In this document: piece after piece, positions 59,800 through 64,000 of the stretch
How positions within the stretch are numbered: position 1 is the first letter of the stretch
Layout: each line of letters begins with the position of its first letter
Assembly: GCA_001600695.1 (NCBI GenBank)
Contig: BCKQ01000001.1
Location: 1,178,732-1,242,731, forward strand
Direction of reading: 5' to 3'
DNA: 64,000 nt
DNA from: Ascoidea asiatica JCM 7603
Lineage: Eukaryota; Fungi; Ascomycota
The notes under the pieces: model-generated
The model's database searches: none
What the model saw: the letters and a program-made list of their open reading frames with translations, nothing else
What the model was told of the DNA's origin: nothing
Translations under genes and position numbers: made by a program

Positions 59800-60624
59800 T
59801 TTGAAACTTGATTATTATTATTATTATTATTATTATTTTTGTATCTTTCCTTGATTAATTACTTGTTTTCTGATCTATTATTGAAGACAGTTATTGATGT
59901 CAACTCAATTGAATATTTTATAATAGATATGAAGTTCTATCAATTGATTAATGGTTCTTTAAATCCAAGATTATTAGAATAGTCTCATCAATATCATTAT
60001 CATTATTATCATTATCATTATTATCATTATATCACTATTATCATTATTATTCTTTTATTAATCAAATCTCGTACAAATCCGAATTTTCACCCCAATTCCG
60101 CGGTAAATTTCCATGTATCGGATTATTAAAGTTTCCGCAAAGACCACTTTTATGGAACTTTTAAAACCTTAAATTTAAAACCAATTTAATGGTACTACCA
60201 CTTACATGGTACTACCACCCCAAAGGTACTACCACCCCACTGGCTCTCTATTTCTTCTTCTTTTTCTTCCCTCTCAAAATACGATTTGAGCCATGGCAAA
60301 CTTGCTGCTAACACGAAACCTGCAAACGTTAACAGATAAATTATATCGACAATAAACAATAAGCTATTTTAACAACATTAACGTTACGTATTAAGCTGAA
60401 CTGAATTAAATTTATATTTATATTTATATTTATATTTATATTAATTATTATCTATTTCATTTATCAATTACTGATTAATTATTGATTAATTATTGTTTAT
60501 CATAAACAATTGCGATTAATATACTCTTGATTTTCCAAATGTTCAAAAATTATCAGTTTATTAAAATATAATCTACAAATCACTTTTCAATTATAATAAT
60601 TTCACTCGCTTTTTATAAAAAAAA

Positions 60625-61968
60625 ATGCATTTAGCCTTTCCTCAAAAACATTCAAAGACTAAATCAAAATCTTTCATACCTGTATCAAATAAATTTCCAA
60701 GATATAGGAAAAGAACTGTATTTTATTTAACTTCAATAATAATATTCATAATATTTTATATAAATAAATATCATAATAATGATAATACTTCCTCAAGTTC
60801 TTCATATTCAAAATCAAATAAAATTTCTTCAGATTTAAATAATAGTAATAAAAATAAAAATTTACCAAAAGAACATGGAATTTATAAAGAAGAAATTTTA
60901 ACTGATAATCAATTTATTTTTCCACCTGTTGAACATGCTCCATTCTTAAGAGAATTGACTTTAAGTAATTTATTTCATTCAAAAGCTGATAAAGATGGTA
61001 ATTTACATTATGTTTATGAAGATGAATTAGATCAATCTGAAAAAGATGAAATTAATAATGAAAAATTACAAGATATTAAAAATGATAACATTAATAATGA
61101 AGATGATCATTTTAAAATTGCAAAAGATGACTTTATTAAACAAGGTAAATTAATTTATAATCATAATTCAAAAAAAAATAAAAATGGTAAAAATTTTCCA
61201 GAAGTTGTAATTGTAACTTCAATAGATTTTGAAAAATTTGAATTAACACATTTAACTAAAATTATTCAAAATAGATTAAATTATTCAAAAGCAAGAAATT
61301 ATGGTTTTTATTGTAGATGGGTACAAGAATTTATACCAATTTTACAAAAATTTAATTCAAATAAAAATTGGGCAAAATTAATGTTAATGAGAGCTGCAAT
61401 GCATTCATTTCCAAATTCAAAATATTTTTGGTATATTGATCAAGATTCTGTAATAATGAGATATGATATTGATATTATTGAATATTTATTAAAACCAGAA
61501 TCTTTAGATTCTTTAATCTTAAGAGATCAACCAATTTTACCACCAAATGGTGCAATTCATACTTATAAAAATATTAATCCAAATGATATAAGATTTTTAA
61601 TAACTCAAAATGGTAATTTATTAGATATAAATTCATTTATAATTATTAATGATATTTATGGTAAAACACTTTTAGAATTTTGGCAAGATGATTTATTAAG
61701 AAAATATCCAAATTTTCAAATGTTACCAGAAAATGCTTTATCACATATTTTACAATGGCATCCAGTTTTACTTTCAAAAACTGCAATTTTACCTCCAAGA
61801 ACTATAGCTGCTTTACATTCTGCAATTCAATTACCAAATGATGGTGATCATATACATTATTCAACTGGTGATTTAATTGTAAGTTTAAAAGATTGTGAAC
61901 AAAGAAAAACTTGTGAAGCTGAATTTGATTTATATTTTCAAAAAATTGATAATAATAAAATAAATTAA
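60625..61968 (+). CDS. MNN11: Alpha-1,6-mannosyltransferase subunit (GT34)
   Basis: Type II TM anchor; FPPVEHAPFLREL, VVIVTSIDFE...IIQNRLNY...YG.Y.RWVQEF, RAAMHSFPNSKYFWYID, ALSHILQWHP. Confidence 0.92.
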   Translation: MHLAFPQKHSKTKSKSFIPVSNKFPRYRKRTVFYLTSIIIFIIFYINKYHNNDNTSSSSSYSKSNKISSDLNNSNKNKNLPKEHGIYKEEILTDNQFIFPPVEHAPFLRELTLSNLFHSKADKDGNLHYVYEDELDQSEKDEINNEKLQDIKNDNINNEDDHFKIAKDDFIKQGKLIYNHNSKKNKNGKNFPEVVIVTSIDFEKFELTHLTKIIQNRLNYSKARNYGFYCRWVQEFIPILQKFNSNKNWAKLMLMRAAMHSFPNSKYFWYIDQDSVIMRYDIDIIEYLLKPESLDSLILRDQPILPPNGAIHTYKNINPNDIRFLITQNGNLLDINSFIIINDIYGKTLLEFWQDDLLRKYPNFQMLPENALSHILQWHPVLLSKTAILPPRTIAALHSAIQLPNDGDHIHYSTGDLIVSLKDCEQRKTCEAEFDLYFQKIDNNKIN

Positions 61969-62247
61969 TTAAATTTATACAGTATATAATATATTTTTTT
62001 CTTATTCTTTAATAAATTTATATCTATCTTACATTTAATCGAATTAGTAAAGTAAAATAAGTTAATCTTAGAGAATTATTTAATATACAATATAATTTTT
62101 TTTAGAAGTAAAATTAACTTTTTTGATTGATTAAAAAATAAGTTATAATTTTTTCTTTTTTTAATATAAAATCTATTTAAATAATATTTAGTATATAATA
62201 TTTAATATTTAATAATATTTAAAAAGATAATAGTATTAAAAATTAAC

Positions 62248-63446
62248 TTATTCTTCATCTTCTTCTTCAGCAGCTTCAGAACCTTTGTTAGCACTTTTTC
62301 TTGCAACACGACCTGGTCTACCACCACCTAATGGAGAAGTTGAAGAATAATCAATATATTTTTGAGAATCTAATCTAACCATAAAAGATGGAATATTAAC
62401 AATTTGTTTACCAACAGCAATATGTCTTTGAGAAATTAAAACTCTTGCATGATGAATAGAATTTGCTAAACCTGCTTTAAATACTTGAGTTTGTAATCTT
62501 CTTTCTAAGAAATCTTCAGTTCTTAAAGCTAAAACATAATCTAATTTTCTTTTATCTTCAGATAAAACACCTAATCTAACTAATCTTCTAATTAAAGCAT
62601 TACCTTCAAATAATCTTTTTGGATCTTTTTCATCTCTTGTTAATAAATCTCTTGCAGCTCTTCTAATTTTTGATAATTGAAAAGAAATTCTATAAATTTC
62701 TCTTTTATTTTTTAAACCATATTCACCAGCTAATTTTAATTCTGCATCTAAACGAGCAGATTCATAAGGACGTTTTGGAACGGAATAAGTTTTTGAGTAT
62801 GTTCTTGGAGCACCTAGATAAATAATAAAAAGAATGTTAGAATATTTATAATCTTTATAAAAAAAGTTAAGATTTATATTATAGATTACATTAATAATAC
62901 ATTATAAGAGATAATGAAAATAATGTTGAAATATATGAAAAAAAGAAATATAAAATTTTGATAGAATATTAGGAATAAAAACAGTGACTGAATCATATGT
63001 ATGTATATATGTGTACTTTGATATATGATCAATATGAAATTATGTAATAATTCTAAGAAAATTTAAATAAATTAAAATTCATACTGATTAATGAGATTTT
63101 TTAAATTCATTCTTATTTAAATGAAATGATAAATTATTTTTCATATATAAATGAACTAGCAAAGTAAATATAAATATAACAACTTATAAAACTTCAAATT
63201 TTTTTGACAATCTACTTGAAATTTTTCAAATAAACCATCTTTCATCCTTTAAAGATAATTTTATTTGACTGAAGAAAGAGTTGAAATAAATCTAGTCATT
63301 ATACAGTTTTTTTTTGCACTTTTATTTTTATTAAAATCAAATTATTCTTTATTATGGATTTGAATTTTTTTTAATTTGATTTTTAAATATAATTTCAATA
63401 TTATTCTTCAATATCTAGTTTTAGATTAACTATACGTACGAGGCAT
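62248..63446 (-). CDS. RPS9: 40S ribosomal protein uS4/S9, two exons: join(63440..63446, 62248..62813), 190 aa
   Basis: Exon 1 ATGCCTC then GTACGT donor; exon 2 after TAG gives [42 protein letters not shown]...EAAEEEDEE*. Absent from the ORF track. Confidence 0.97.
62814..63439 (-). other. Spliceosomal intron of RPS9 (626 nt)
   Basis: 5' GTACGT, branch point TTCTAAC (62836-62842), 3' TAG; splicing restores the conserved MPRAPR start. Confidence 0.93.
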
Positions 63447-63849
63447 ATTGAATTAATTTTTTCCTTTTAATGATATTATTGAAGATAATAATTGTCCTTA
63501 TTGGTGATAAAAGATTTAATCAATTACTAAATAATAGATATACTTTTTTTAAAATTTCAATAATTCAATAATTCTGTAATTCAATGATTCTGTAATTTAG
63601 GTAATGGAAGTTGAGAAAAGTGAAGAATAATGGAAATTCATGAAGAAAAAAGGTACTTTTTGGATAAATTCTATATTATTAAGGTATTCTTTATGTTTAA
63701 TGTATGTATTGTTTGGTTTTTAATACTTTTTGAACAGGTCTTTCAGCACACCTCCTGAGTTTTCACTGGAAATCTTGACGAAAAACAGCATAAATAAAGA
63801 AGACGGAGGAGCAAGCTGGTTACGAGCACGAAAATAAGCCAGGTAAAGC

Positions 63850-63885
63850 TGTGACTGCTTTTTAATAAAAGTATTTTCACGTGAT
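63850..63885. promoter_or_regulatory. Homol-D box and Cbf1 site upstream of RPS9
   Basis: TGTGACTG 63850-63857; TCACGTGAT 63877-63885. Confidence 0.6.
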
Positions 63886-64000
63886 CTATACAATTGGCAA
63901 ATACTGCAACACACTGCATAACATATCCTATATTTGTGATGGTGTCAAGACATGTTTTACTCAAATACAGGACAGGACAGAATTGCAATACTTTTTCAGG

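Noticed and set aside
60191-60240. CRISPR-like repeat-spacer array
   Set aside because: Repeats of 11-14 bp with spacers under 8 bp, eukaryotic context and no cas genes.
62814-63439. Intron-encoded snoRNA in RPS9
   Set aside because: No convincing C (RTGATGA) / D (CTGA) box pair or H/ACA structure seen on the sense strand; an Infernal scan would be needed to exclude it.

Overview
Eukaryotic, very AT-rich budding-yeast (Saccharomycotina) chromosomal segment with about 25 protein genes, 2 intact tRNAs and one decayed tRNA-His. The species cannot be determined from this window. From left to right: 5'-truncated RGD1; three tandem paralogous Zn(II)2Cys6 transcription factors with an unusually long final Cys spacer; FUN12/eIF5B; a ChAPs exomer adaptor; PHS1; tRNA-Gln; a GXS1/HGT12-like sugar porter; a GPI flocculin-repeat protein; peroxisomal FAA2; tRNA-Asp; a small GPI protein; an IFRD-like protein; an HD-domain nucleotidase; KTI11; AST1; YOS9; ATG8; an orphan ORF; a putative restriction-endonuclease-fold plus atypical-kinase gene (Spok/Crinkler-like architecture) with an SCB/MCB-rich upstream region; a degenerate tRNA-His; MRPL11; ADK1; an MSC2 lacking the N-terminal membrane domain; a DUF2470 protein; MNN11; and intron-containing RPS9, which the ORF track missed. 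The best candidate for a novel system is the accessory block at 48.0-53.9 kb. Other notable patterns are GC-rich promoter islands in an AT-saturated background, a compositional shift near 33.5 kb and pervasive slippage repeats. All homology calls are from motif recognition by eye; no searches were run.
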